Below are positions 9,072 to 19,095 of a DNA stretch of 64,000 nt, one piece after another. The notes beneath the pieces are model-generated. The model ran no database searches. It was not told the origin of the DNA and saw nothing but the letters and a program-made list of their open reading frames with translations. The stretch spans positions 11,649 to 75,648 of IMG/VR virus record IMGVR_UViG_3300010270_000379; one strand, written 5' to 3'. Position numbers and translations under genes: made by a program. The first letter of the stretch is position 1, and each line of letters begins with the position of its first letter. Source of the DNA: a virus. Its lineage: Duplodnaviria; Caudoviricetes.

Positions 9072-10220
9072 CTATAAAGCTCCAATTCTAAAGAATCCAA
9101 ATTTAAACTTATTCTGTTGTATATAATCCTGGACTTCTTTCTGATAAACAGCAATACGGGCCCCAAAGTATGCGCTAGTAGCTGACTGAGTACTTGAAAA
9201 ACTCTCAGATACACCATCCATAGAAAGTGAAGAACTTGAAAAACCTGACATAAGGCCATCACCGATAACATTCAAAAGTGATATAGCGGCCATTTTACCG
9301 ATCATGTGTCTCAAATCTTCTGGCACTTCATCAGAAGTCTCAAAACCGGCTTCATAATCAATTGCATAGAATAAATGATGGTTCCAGGTTTCAGATCCAT
9401 AAGGACTAATAGCTGTACTAATACCGTTCCATGTATCAGAAGGCTTCCAAGGTCGTTTTAAGAACTTAATAACACCATTTTTCTTATCAAGTGTAGTAGA
9501 TGCTAGTAAATCATCGTATTCTGGTTCACCGTTAGCACCTCTATTAATCAGCGTACAACGTGTAGCCTTAATAATAGGCCGCTGTTTAGTCTGAATCATT
9601 CCATAGCGCTGAATTTTGCTATATCTAAAGTCATACAACGGTTCTTCATCATCATAATCAACTTTTCTTGTAAGATGCTGTCTTTCAACACTCTCAATAG
9701 ACTTAATACGTTTTTTAACAATAGTAATATTAAGCTGTCTAGCCATTTCTGCCGTAGCAGCATTGATAAACCATTGAATTTGTTCATCTGAAAACATCTG
9801 GCCGTTTGTAGCCTTAAAATCTGTTCCCCAAAGGAATGTATAACGACAATCATCAGGAGTTACAATTGTTCCCCATTCACCTTCCGGCACCTTATAGTTA
9901 TTAAAAGAATAACCAACGGCATCAGGAACACCGAATTTAGTCCAACAAGTAAAAGCAAAATCCTTGAAATCTGGATTTTCAATACTAGCTGGATGGATCC
10001 TATATTGATAAAGGCCGTTTTGTAAATCAAAAGAATCTACAAAATCACCAGAATTCACTTCTAGCGGCTCTGTAGATGCTTCTGGAATGACAAAACCGCT
10101 ATTAGTATAAACTTTCCAAGATTCATCTTTATAAAAAAGACGCTCCAAAATAAATGATGAGTTATTACCATTCAAGTTTAAGAGAATTCTTGTTTGTGTA
10201 CTTTCAGCAGTTATTGTCAT
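9072..10220 (-). CDS. Head-tail adaptor/connector
   Basis: C-terminal PEDLRHMIGKMAAI...SSSSLSMDGVSESFS motif; synteny. Confidence 0.65.
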   Translation of the reverse strand: MTITAESTQTRILLNLNGNNSSFILERLFYKDESWKVYTNSGFVIPEASTEPLEVNSGDFVDSFDLQNGLYQYRIHPASIENPDFKDFAFTCWTKFGVPDAVGYSFNNYKVPEGEWGTIVTPDDCRYTFLWGTDFKATNGQMFSDEQIQWFINAATAEMARQLNITIVKKRIKSIESVERQHLTRKVDYDDEEPLYDFRYSKIQRYGMIQTKQRPIIKATRCTLINRGANGEPEYDDLLASTTLDKKNGVIKFLKRPWKPSDTWNGISTAISPYGSETWNHHLFYAIDYEAGFETSDEVPEDLRHMIGKMAAISLLNVIGDGLMSGFSSSSLSMDGVSESFSSTQSATSAYFGARIAVYQKEVQDYIQQNKFKFGFFRIGAL

Positions 10221-10232
10221 TCTTTAGCTTCC

Positions 10233-10589
10233 TTATTTAGAAAGTTCATAACCTGGAATTGTGAGCAATCTCTTAGCTTCAACTCCGGTTACTTCGCAAC
10301 ATCCCTTTTCATCAAGTGTAATAGTTCTTGTAGGGAGCACGATATTCATACCGGCATAACCTTCACATTTAATGATAACTTTTGCATCATCTTTAATGTT
10401 TACAGGCTTTTCTTCGGCCGGTTTTTCGTTTTCTTCCGGTTTTGTTTCTGGTGTTTCTTCCGGTTTTTCATCTACGGCCGGTGTATTTTCAGCAGCGGCC
10501 GGTTTTTCGTTCTGTTCAACTTCTGTAGCTTTTTCGTTCTGTTCAACTACAGAAGTTGTGTTTGCCTGATCTCTTTTAGGTCTAGCCAT
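10233..10589 (-). CDS. Capsid-adjacent protein with E/K/P-rich repeats
   Basis: Start MARPKR at 10589 with RBS; VEQNEK repeated. Confidence 0.6.
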   Translation of the reverse strand: MARPKRDQANTTSVVEQNEKATEVEQNEKPAAAENTPAVDEKPEETPETKPEENEKPAEEKPVNIKDDAKVIIKCEGYAGMNIVLPTRTITLDEKGCCEVTGVEAKRLLTIPGYELSK

Positions 10590-10609
10590 ACACAACTCCT
10601 TTTGTTTAC

Positions 10610-12058
10610 TTAGTAAAGTCCACCAGAATAACCAACGTTCTTAATAAGAGCATTGTATTCAGGAGCACGAACTTCGAGCATACCGTAAAGTGCAACAACA
10701 CCACGGTGAGCGAGGCTTGAATCTGTTGGAAGGTCGAAGTTTGACATTGCCATCAACTGACCAAATGAAGTATTAGGCTTCATTTCATCTGTTGTAGGTG
10801 TAAGCAATACAATAGATGCTGTTCCTGGAAGGTCCTCATTCAAGTCTACTACTACAGTAGTTGTATCAGGAGACTTAGCAACACGTACCATTTCCATCAT
10901 TTCTGTACCACCGGCCTTAGAACGTGTGATAATAAATCCTGTAGCTGGTTCACCGTTTGTATCAGGTGTAATAGTAAGAGTTACTTTTTCACCACTTGCA
11001 ACGGCTACAGCAGATCCAAGAGGCTTAGCTGCTGAAATACCATAAGCATTTACGGCATGTACGGCATACATATAATTTCCGGCCCATGCTGTTGTGAATT
11101 TAGATGCTGATTCACTTGCAGCAACGGCTGTAAAGTTAGAAGGTGTATTAGGTCTCTTAGCCTGGTTTCCGGCAGCTACTACAGGGCCCTTTACCTTAAA
11201 CATCTTATCTGCACCGGCATCATCTGTAATACGAATAGTTGAACCTGTAGGAGTAAGAATATCAGGCAATTTCTGCAATGCAAAAGTATCATCACGTGGT
11301 GTAAGACGGAGACGTGAACTGTACATAGACTTAAACTGACGAGCAATAACAGGTGGGAAGTAAGCCTCTGACAAGTCACCACCTTTATCGAATACCTTCT
11401 GAGCAACTTCATCAAAGAGAGCTTCGCCGGCATCAATTGTATCACCATCAATATTTCCTGATTCACCAATTTCCAAACCACGAACATCCATAACTGTAGC
11501 GCGGAGTTTTTCAGCTACAGAAGTATTCTTTGCAGAATCTTCAATAATCTTCAAAAGTCCATCGTACTGTTTAGGAGATACGCTTGAATCACCGTGGAAA
11601 ATACAACGCTCTGTACCCTTAGATACACGCATTACAGCAGCTACTTTAGATGCATTGATAGCATTTTCTACATTGTCTGTAAGTGTAAGAGGATGTGAAG
11701 TCTGCCACTTACTTGACATGTATTTTGTTTCGTAAATCTTACGAGAGAACTGTGGATCACCCTCTGGAGCTCTTTCAGATTCACCAACAAACAAGAATTC
11801 ATCATCACCTACATCTGTTTCACGTTCAATCTGGTGAACAGTAGACTTAACAGGCAGTTTGTGAAGTTTATGGAACAACTTCAAATCTTTCTGTTTTACG
11901 TCAAGAACGGTTACAAGTGTAGCCTCCAAATCTTCACGCTGCAAAGATCTACCCTGAGTATAATCTGCAGCATTTGTACCATAACCGGCTTCAAGAGCCT
12001 TTTCGAGTTCTGTATTCTGAACTTCATTGTCAAATTCATTAAAAATGCTTTCTTCCAT
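10610..12058 (-). CDS. Major capsid protein (Herelleviridae-like)
   Basis: LEKALEAGYG N-terminus, SLQREDLE, FHGDS, QYDGL, YGMLEVRAP; 482 aa. Confidence 0.9.
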   Translation of the reverse strand: MEESIFNEFDNEVQNTELEKALEAGYGTNAADYTQGRSLQREDLEATLVTVLDVKQKDLKLFHKLHKLPVKSTVHQIERETDVGDDEFLFVGESERAPEGDPQFSRKIYETKYMSSKWQTSHPLTLTDNVENAINASKVAAVMRVSKGTERCIFHGDSSVSPKQYDGLLKIIEDSAKNTSVAEKLRATVMDVRGLEIGESGNIDGDTIDAGEALFDEVAQKVFDKGGDLSEAYFPPVIARQFKSMYSSRLRLTPRDDTFALQKLPDILTPTGSTIRITDDAGADKMFKVKGPVVAAGNQAKRPNTPSNFTAVAASESASKFTTAWAGNYMYAVHAVNAYGISAAKPLGSAVAVASGEKVTLTITPDTNGEPATGFIITRSKAGGTEMMEMVRVAKSPDTTTVVVDLNEDLPGTASIVLLTPTTDEMKPNTSFGQLMAMSNFDLPTDSSLAHRGVVALYGMLEVRAPEYNALIKNVGYSGGLY

Positions 12059-12073
12059 TTTTAAGTCCTCCCT

Positions 12074-13585
12074 TTACTGATTGTCGCGGACAATAGAACA
12101 AATCTTGTTCCAAACTGCCGGTTTAACCGACTTTACGCCGCCTTTCATTGCTTTCTGGAATTCTGAGTTATAGAACTGAACTTCTTCCGGTCCTATCTTG
12201 CCACCCTGAGCCGATTTACAAATTGCATCTTTGAAAGTATCAAAGTCTGCATTTGTAGGCTTCTTATTAGCTGTAGGAGCAGCCGCACCACTTCCAGGCA
12301 TTGACTTAGCTACTACACTCTGTCGCGCTACAGGTTCACCAAGAGCCTTTGCAATATCAATTACACTTCCCTTGATTTCATCTACTGACTTTTTGAGTTC
12401 TTCGTTTTCTTCACGGAGAGCATCAATTTCAGCGCCCATAGACTTTACGAGTTCTGTTGCATCGAGATAATCGTCATCTTCTTCAAGAGACTTCTCTACA
12501 CCACAACCCTTCTTTACGCTGCCTTTGGCACCGCATTTTTCAACGTCATCTTCAATGTCTTTTTTTTCATCGCCTTCTGAATCGTCATCGAATTCGAACA
12601 GTGTTTCTTTTTCGATTTCTTCATCTTCTGGCTTTTTCTTTTCATCAGCGCTTTTCTTAACACCGATAGACTTCAAGATTTCGTCTACTGTTTCAGAAAA
12701 ATTACCTTTGGCCATTTTTCTTCCTCCCTGTTCTATAATTTCAAGCATGGTTTCCCTTGCCTGACGTTTATCAAATCCCTTACCAATCAAATAAGCTGTT
12801 ATTTCATTAGCATTGGTTAGATTTCCTTTGTTGATTTCCTGGATGCAATCTTTAATATCATTGATTTCCATTTCTTCTATGGATTTCTCTAATTCTTCTT
12901 TTGATTTTTCCATTGAATCAGCCGGATCCATTTCACCGTCATTAATTTCCAGGAGTTTCTCTGTTTCATCCTCAATATCTTCTTTCTGTAATCCGCGGCC
13001 ACCTTCAAAATCAGCAGCATCAGCACCACTTCCGGCCTCTAAAGATTTACAAAAATCAACCATAGAGACTGACTTAGCAAACCTGGCACTTCCTACGGTC
13101 CAATTTACCGGTGATGTAGTAAGCGCTAAGTCATTCCACATAAACCCTGTTACAGTCTCACTACCGTCTTTTTCTTTACGAATAGTAGGCATAATTCCAC
13201 CAATAGAGGCTTTTACGCGGCTAGAATGATTTTTAAGAAGGTTGATGTAGTCTTTTGCAGCAGCTACACCCTTATAAAGAATTCCTTTTACAAAGGTAGA
13301 TTTTCCATCTGTCCTAACTGAAATAGGTTCACCAATAATCTTTTCTTTATGGCTTTCAACTGTTCCATCTGGATTTCTTACTTTATGTTGGTGATCGTCT
13401 GAAATAACTCCATTAGTCAAAAAGTATTCTTTCGACTTCATCAATGCTGACTGCAGAGTTCTCTGATTCTGTAAATCAAGATTTTCGTTAGAGGCTTCTA
13501 CTTCAAAAATGTAGTTTCCGTTTTCATCTTCCTGGCCTGAGATTGATTTACAAATATTGCCTTCAATTAAAATTTCATTATCCAT
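12074..13585 (-). CDS. Prohead protease fused to scaffold region
   Basis: ASNENLDLQN, DDHQH, ASIGG, LALTTSPVN protease motifs; acidic coiled-coil C-terminal half with many KS sites; start corrected to MDNE. Confidence 0.85.
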   Translation of the reverse strand: MDNEILIEGNICKSISGQEDENGNYIFEVEASNENLDLQNQRTLQSALMKSKEYFLTNGVISDDHQHKVRNPDGTVESHKEKIIGEPISVRTDGKSTFVKGILYKGVAAAKDYINLLKNHSSRVKASIGGIMPTIRKEKDGSETVTGFMWNDLALTTSPVNWTVGSARFAKSVSMVDFCKSLEAGSGADAADFEGGRGLQKEDIEDETEKLLEINDGEMDPADSMEKSKEELEKSIEEMEINDIKDCIQEINKGNLTNANEITAYLIGKGFDKRQARETMLEIIEQGGRKMAKGNFSETVDEILKSIGVKKSADEKKKPEDEEIEKETLFEFDDDSEGDEKKDIEDDVEKCGAKGSVKKGCGVEKSLEEDDDYLDATELVKSMGAEIDALREENEELKKSVDEIKGSVIDIAKALGEPVARQSVVAKSMPGSGAAAPTANKKPTNADFDTFKDAICKSAQGGKIGPEEVQFYNSEFQKAMKGGVKSVKPAVWNKICSIVRDNQ

Positions 13586-13605
13586 TTTCAAAAACTCCAA
13601 AAGAC

Positions 13606-13719
13606 AAAAAAAATAGGGCAGCCACAACGAATAACGTTATGACTGCCCTTTTCAGAACAAATCTTAATCTAAATATGGAATATATTATTATTATAAATCT
13701 ATAATTTTACATTTGTCAA
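13606..13719 (-). promoter_or_regulatory. Late leader L2 (head operon)
   Basis: TTGACA(13719-13714)-18-TATAAT; TTGTTCTGAAAAGGGCAGTC...GGCTGCCC followed by T-run. Confidence 0.85.
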
Positions 13720-13780
13720 GTTAGTGTATACTTTTAATATACACTTAAAACATAAAAAATAGAGAATAAATAATAGTATT

Positions 13781-13960
13781 TTATCTCTGAACCTTTATAG
13801 CCTTGCCGTTTTCAAACTTAATCTTAGGCTTTGGTAAACCTAATCTTTTGCAAAAATCTTCCATATCTTCACCGGCAATTTTATTATCCATTAAATCAGC
13901 TTTGGATAACGCTACATCTTTAGTCCATTTTTCTGGCTCTTTTGTTTTTGGTAAATCCAT
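13781..13960 (-). CDS. 59-aa protein downstream of zeta-like gene; candidate antitoxin/partner
   Basis: AGGAGG RBS, MDLPKTKEPEKW...; just below the ORF-track size cutoff. Confidence 0.65.
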   Translation of the reverse strand: MDLPKTKEPEKWTKDVALSKADLMDNKIAGEDMEDFCKRLGLPKPKIKFENGKAIKVQR

Positions 13961-13980
13961 AGACTACCTCCTGTGTAAAT

Positions 13981-14010
13981 ATTTTATATACATATTATCG
14001 GTTTTGTCAA
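13981..14010 (-). promoter_or_regulatory. Sigma70-type promoter for 13781..13960, with no leader terminator
   Basis: TTGACA(14010-14005)-18-TAAAAT. Confidence 0.6.
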
Positions 14011-14033
14011 GTAAAAAAGTTACATTTAATTAT

Positions 14034-15233
14034 TTATACTTCTTCACCCTTCTTAGCTATCTTTTCAGCCGTGTACTTATTTTTACCGGTATTTGGATCC
14101 TTTTCAAAAGGAATAAAGTTATCATAGAAGGACCAATCATCGGCAAAATCTTTTACTTTATCAAAATTAGCTTCATTGCCTGTCATATTAAGTAATACAT
14201 CTGGCGGCACAAATCTACCGGTAAAATCTTCTACATTCTTTTCGGTAGGGCTTTCAATATAACGTTTAATAGCACGTTTCAAACTTTCCTGTTTTGGAAC
14301 ATGCATATAATAAGCGCCTGTTTTATATCCGGCATCTTTAGCTAGTTTTAATTCTTCAATCTGTTTATCAGCATTTGACATTGTAATATCCATTACAATA
14401 TTAAGGCCCTGGGCCATAGCTGCCTTCATAAGCATTTTAGACAAATCTGAGCTTTCTTCATGGTAGGCCTTTGCTTTCCATCCTTCCCATTTTTCGCCGG
14501 ATTCATTTGCTAATTCTTCTTTCAATGCATCTGGATCCACTACAATAACGTTATCCTCATTGTATACACCGGCATCAGATTTCTTTTTATTGAAAGTAGA
14601 CTTTCCAGAACCACCACGGCCCCCTAAAATCTGGAAAGTAGGCAATTCACCGTCTTTTGGTGTAGCTGCTGCAACTTTCTCAGGTGATAACAATTTTTTG
14701 ATAATTGTTTCATGCAATTTCTGTCTTTCTGGAGTATAAATAGCGTTTACACCTTCACCAGATTTACGGAATTTTGTAACTGTTTCAGGCTCTTTATTTG
14801 CACGTTCTAAGTCATATCTGAATTTCATTTCAAATTCAGGATGCTTTTTTACAATAGGCAATTCAAGAATAGCCTTAATTGCGTTTTTCATTCCTTCTGG
14901 TGTAGCTGCATTAATTGATTCATCGTCATAAGTTCTTTTATAATCAGCGGCTTTAAATTTACTTGCTGCAACCTGTTTACGGCCGTATGTTGGAGCAAGC
15001 TGTTTAGTAGGTGTAGTTACCTCTTTTTTGCCTGTTCCAACACTTTCAGGCCCCTTCTTTTCTGAGTTTCCTTTAGGTGTATAAACTTCTCTCCATTTTC
15101 CAGGAGCAACCTTTTTATATTTTTTACCTCTCCACTCTCTTATTGTACCAATTCCATAACCTCTTGATTTCTGAAAATCAATGTCATCAAGAAAAGTATT
15201 ATAAACTGATTTCTTTACAAATAACTTTTTCAT
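14034..15233 (-). CDS. Tagged cargo A: zeta-toxin-like P-loop kinase
   Basis: GGRGGSGKST, VVDPD, YHEESS, IVMDIT, GRFVP, WSFYDN; N-terminal GYGIGTIREW tag; start MKKLF. Confidence 0.8.
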   Translation of the reverse strand: MKKLFVKKSVYNTFLDDIDFQKSRGYGIGTIREWRGKKYKKVAPGKWREVYTPKGNSEKKGPESVGTGKKEVTTPTKQLAPTYGRKQVAASKFKAADYKRTYDDESINAATPEGMKNAIKAILELPIVKKHPEFEMKFRYDLERANKEPETVTKFRKSGEGVNAIYTPERQKLHETIIKKLLSPEKVAAATPKDGELPTFQILGGRGGSGKSTFNKKKSDAGVYNEDNVIVVDPDALKEELANESGEKWEGWKAKAYHEESSDLSKMLMKAAMAQGLNIVMDITMSNADKQIEELKLAKDAGYKTGAYYMHVPKQESLKRAIKRYIESPTEKNVEDFTGRFVPPDVLLNMTGNEANFDKVKDFADDWSFYDNFIPFEKDPNTGKNKYTAEKIAKKGEEV

Positions 15234-15246
15234 TTTACACCTCCCA

Positions 15247-18060
15247 TTAAAGACAATTACAGCGATTAAAGGCTTCACTTACCATCATTTCAGTAGAATT
15301 GAACAATTCAGGCTGCTCTGCAGAATAATCATTGAACAATGATTCATTTTCTTCTTCCGGCTCTTCTTCTTCATCTTCTTCAACAAACATATCTACAATG
15401 AAGTCATCAAAAAGAGATTTCTTTACAGTAATTCCACGTTTCTCTAGTTCTTCCTCAAATCTCTCAATTACTTCTGGATGTTCTTTAGCTGTTGTTTGAT
15501 ACAAAATAGCATCTCTTAAACCTAATTTAAGTTTATTATCAACCTTTGTATCTTCTGTAATGTATTCTTTTTTATCCATTACTTTATCAAGGTTGAATTT
15601 CAATCTGTCATAATTGAGTTTCAATGTTTCATCACTCATATCCGCCATTCTTTCAGTAAGATTTGCTGCTGCAGAATCGGAAAGTCTCTTGAAACGATCA
15701 CCATAATGCTCTTTTATTGAGGCTACAAATTCCTCGTTTGTCTTTTTATATGCTTCTTTAAGAGCTGATTTTTTTTCATTAGCATCTTTTTTCGCCTGTC
15801 TACCCTTGCCATAATCCATTTTTTTATCTGAGCCGGACATAGGCATAAGGATAGATGAACTAGAGCCGGTGTTAATCTCAATTGCCTTATCAGCTCTTTC
15901 ACCTATCTGTAAAATGGATGTTTTACCAGATAAAGCATTTACCAGGTAATCAGCATTGATATTCATATAGTTAGTATCTTCTTTTGCCGGGCCCCAATCT
16001 TCGCTATATTTCATTTTTATATCTTTTGCTTCACCTACCGGAGTATCATCAATGAATACTTTACCATCACGGAATTCAAGCTGAACAAGATTTGTACCTT
16101 TTTTATCAATAGCACCATCTTTCTGCATTTCTTTAATCTTATCTTTTACAAGTTTTGTATCTAAAGTTGCTGTCTGTTTAAGATCTTCTGGAATAACCTT
16201 AGAATAATTAGGGAATCTTGCATCTACATCAATTTTTTTGATATTAATTCCTGATTTATCAGTATTAATATCAACATAAGAACCATTTGGTATACCTTCA
16301 AGTTCTCCAACTTCAATAAATTTCATTCTACGAGCATCAGTAGTTATAAGTTTTCCATTTTCATAATAGACATGCTTCATAAACTCTCTACTATCCCACT
16401 TTGGAGCTACACAATTTTTAAGAGATTCAATCTCATTTGCAAGATCTTTAGAATATGGCAATTGTACTTCATTTTCACCTACACTCTTATTACTTGCAAT
16501 CGGCTGTAATTCATCAAAAGAAACAACCTTACCAGAATTATCTACACTGTAGATTTTTTCAGTTTTTTCCTCTTTAGGAGTTTCCTTAGTTTCTTCTATA
16601 GTTTTTTCGGCTTCGGATTCTTCAAGAAGTTTTTTACATTCAGTATAAAAGGCAGCACTTAAATGATTAGAACAAAGTTCTACCTGATGATCTATATCAC
16701 TTAGCAATTCAATATCAGTTTCATCTTTACTTGTAAACAATGCGTTATCTTTTACATGCTTTTCAAGTTTATTAATCAGCTTATTTTTATATTTAGAAAT
16801 AACTTCATTAACGGTTGTACCTTCATCAGCATATTCTGAATAGCGTTTAAGCCTTTCATCAACAAGTTTTTTGTTTTCTTCAAGTTTTCCTTCTTTTATT
16901 ATCTCCGGTAATTTTTCCTTAATTTTATCAAGTTTTTCCTTTAATTCTGCTTCTAATTTAGGCTTTGCTGTTTTTTCAAACTCTGTATTGATTTTATCAA
17001 TACCTTCTTTACATCTAATTGCATTTGCAATTTCAGATCTTACAGCCCATTCTTTACCTTCTTTATCAACCTTAAATATAGCATCACCTACTTTTAATTC
17101 ACCCTTACGAGCTACTTCGTTAATTTTATCAGCCATTTCAAGATATTTTACACCCTCACCTTCATCATTTTTATCTACTCCACCAAAAGGCACTTCTTTA
17201 GTTTCAGTTTTCTTTTCATCTTCTGATTCTTCTTCATATCCAAATTCATTATTAATAGCATCCTTCATACGGCCTGAAAGTTTTTCAAGTTCTTCACGGT
17301 ATTTTTTTTCACCTTCTGAAATGTTTTTTTCTGAATAAATGAGACGTAACTTACCTAAAGCCTCTAACTCTGGATCATTAAGTTCATTAGGATTCATCCC
17401 CTTTGCCTTTGCTTCTGGTCTTAATTTTTTAGCAACTTTATCATAGGCTTCTACAATATTATCAAGAGTTTCAGCATCATTTTTCCCCTTTAATGATTGC
17501 TCATACTCTTTTTCATAATCTTCCTGTGTTTTTATTTTCTTTTCAGCCGGCTTAGAAGTTGTTTTACTTCCCATATCACCGTTATTCTTAGCATCTACAG
17601 CGGCACGGAGTTTATCAAGAACCGGCAAGTCAATTCCATTTTCATCAACAAAGCGCTGTTTATTCTGCATTACAAAGGCCATAAGGTCCTCAACGTTATC
17701 AATCTTCTGTACTCTTGCAATCAATTTACCAATTGCAATATTTGTACCACGGCCTTCTTTATCAAAAACTCTGGCCCATTTACCCGGAGCAATTTTCTTA
17801 TACTTCTTTCCCTTCCAAATTCTGACTGTTCCTACACCGTAGCCGGCTTTCTGGATCCATTTTCCACTAATAAGAGACTTTTCAAGATGTGTATAATGTC
17901 CTTCCTGAGAATTGAAATAATCAATTGCTTTTTTTACATCTTTTTCATCCTGTTTTTTCAAGATTTCAATAATCTCTTTTTTAAGTTCTGCTAACTTTCT
18001 ATCGTTTACAGCCTTACAAACATTCTTGAATTCACTAGCCTTTACCATGAATCTTGCCAT
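15247..18060 (-). CDS. Tagged cargo B: polyvalent protein with beta-clamp-like domain
   Basis: Shared N-terminal module; TTDARRM, FPNYSKVIP, INADYL and ILMPM align with DnaN at 56585..57703. Confidence 0.7.
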   Translation of the reverse strand: MARFMVKASEFKNVCKAVNDRKLAELKKEIIEILKKQDEKDVKKAIDYFNSQEGHYTHLEKSLISGKWIQKAGYGVGTVRIWKGKKYKKIAPGKWARVFDKEGRGTNIAIGKLIARVQKIDNVEDLMAFVMQNKQRFVDENGIDLPVLDKLRAAVDAKNNGDMGSKTTSKPAEKKIKTQEDYEKEYEQSLKGKNDAETLDNIVEAYDKVAKKLRPEAKAKGMNPNELNDPELEALGKLRLIYSEKNISEGEKKYREELEKLSGRMKDAINNEFGYEEESEDEKKTETKEVPFGGVDKNDEGEGVKYLEMADKINEVARKGELKVGDAIFKVDKEGKEWAVRSEIANAIRCKEGIDKINTEFEKTAKPKLEAELKEKLDKIKEKLPEIIKEGKLEENKKLVDERLKRYSEYADEGTTVNEVISKYKNKLINKLEKHVKDNALFTSKDETDIELLSDIDHQVELCSNHLSAAFYTECKKLLEESEAEKTIEETKETPKEEKTEKIYSVDNSGKVVSFDELQPIASNKSVGENEVQLPYSKDLANEIESLKNCVAPKWDSREFMKHVYYENGKLITTDARRMKFIEVGELEGIPNGSYVDINTDKSGINIKKIDVDARFPNYSKVIPEDLKQTATLDTKLVKDKIKEMQKDGAIDKKGTNLVQLEFRDGKVFIDDTPVGEAKDIKMKYSEDWGPAKEDTNYMNINADYLVNALSGKTSILQIGERADKAIEINTGSSSSILMPMSGSDKKMDYGKGRQAKKDANEKKSALKEAYKKTNEEFVASIKEHYGDRFKRLSDSAAANLTERMADMSDETLKLNYDRLKFNLDKVMDKKEYITEDTKVDNKLKLGLRDAILYQTTAKEHPEVIERFEEELEKRGITVKKSLFDDFIVDMFVEEDEEEEPEEENESLFNDYSAEQPELFNSTEMMVSEAFNRCNCL

Positions 18061-18087
18061 TTTCCAAATCCTCCCAGGAAATAAGTT

Positions 18088-18192
18088 AAAAAAAAATAAG
18101 GCAGCCGACTACTAAAAATAAGTAATCGACTGCCCTTTACAGACATATCTATGTATTTACTTTATTATGTTACATAATTATTAAATAATCAA
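18088..18192 (-). promoter_or_regulatory. Late leader L3 (cargo B/A operon)
   Basis: TTGATT-17-CATAAT; ATGTCTGTAAAGGGCAGTCG...CGGCTGCC followed by T-run. Confidence 0.75.
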
Positions 18193-18289
18193 TATTTTTA
18201 TTTTTTACGCTAAATATAACGTTTTTACTTGACTAATTTAATTATTCATACGATAATTTAATTAGTTCGGGATTTCTTAATCCCATCAG

Positions 18290-19084
18290 TTAAAGGGAAG
18301 TTCGTTTATGAGCTTCCCTTATTTCTTTTAAATCATAATTATGAAATTTTTGTTCTGTTTCTACCCACACAGATAATATTCCATTTTTTCCATCTTTTGT
18401 CATACTCTCTACAGCCTGGTCTAAAGGTAAATGAGTTTTATTTTTGTTCAATCTTACCTGTGTAGGTTTATTTTCAATCACATGTATAAATACACCCTCA
18501 CAATTATATTTTTTCATACCTTTTTGATAATTATTCATAATTGAATTATCTTCTTTTTTATCTGTTTGATTTTTTGACTTTTTAAAATCTACAGGAACAC
18601 CATTTACTATTGCATCAACTTTTTTACTTCCTATAGAAGGTTCCTCAATTAAATAAACCTTAAAACCTAAACTCGACAAAATAACAGCCTGTAACCTTTC
18701 TTTAAATTCATTATTGCCATGTACTCTGTTAGGATGTTCAAATATATAACCTTTATAAATATGTCCGGTTTCTGGTTCTGTTATTTTATAATATTTCTTT
18801 TTACATCCCTTATATCTATTACTAATCCAATCTTTTACTGATTGTGATAAATTAGTTCTATATTTTGTTAATAGGTTTTCAAGTTCTATACCTCCGGCAG
18901 CTCTTTTTCGTTTATCTTCTTCTAAAAGTTTTACCCATCTATAGCCTTCATGTGTACCATGTTTATCTTTTATTTGAACTAACTTCTTTACTAAATTTGC
19001 CTTAACTCTTTTATTATGATTTGATTTTTCAATATATTTTTCAGACAATTCATTATAAACATCAGATTGAACAAGTAATATCAT
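18290..19084 (-). CDS. Protein with CdiA-CT/restriction-fold nuclease-like C-terminal domain
   Basis: YLIEEP...KKVDAIVNGVPVDFKK...GVFIHV; start corrected to MILL. Confidence 0.5.
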   Translation of the reverse strand: MILLVQSDVYNELSEKYIEKSNHNKRVKANLVKKLVQIKDKHGTHEGYRWVKLLEEDKRKRAAGGIELENLLTKYRTNLSQSVKDWISNRYKGCKKKYYKITEPETGHIYKGYIFEHPNRVHGNNEFKERLQAVILSSLGFKVYLIEEPSIGSKKVDAIVNGVPVDFKKSKNQTDKKEDNSIMNNYQKGMKKYNCEGVFIHVIENKPTQVRLNKNKTHLPLDQAVESMTKDGKNGILSVWVETEQKFHNYDLKEIREAHKRTSL

Positions 19085-19095
19085 TTCATTTCTCC

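Noticed and set aside
10233-10589. E/K/P-rich repeats as a DNA repeat element
   Set aside because: They are explained by a low-complexity protein linker.
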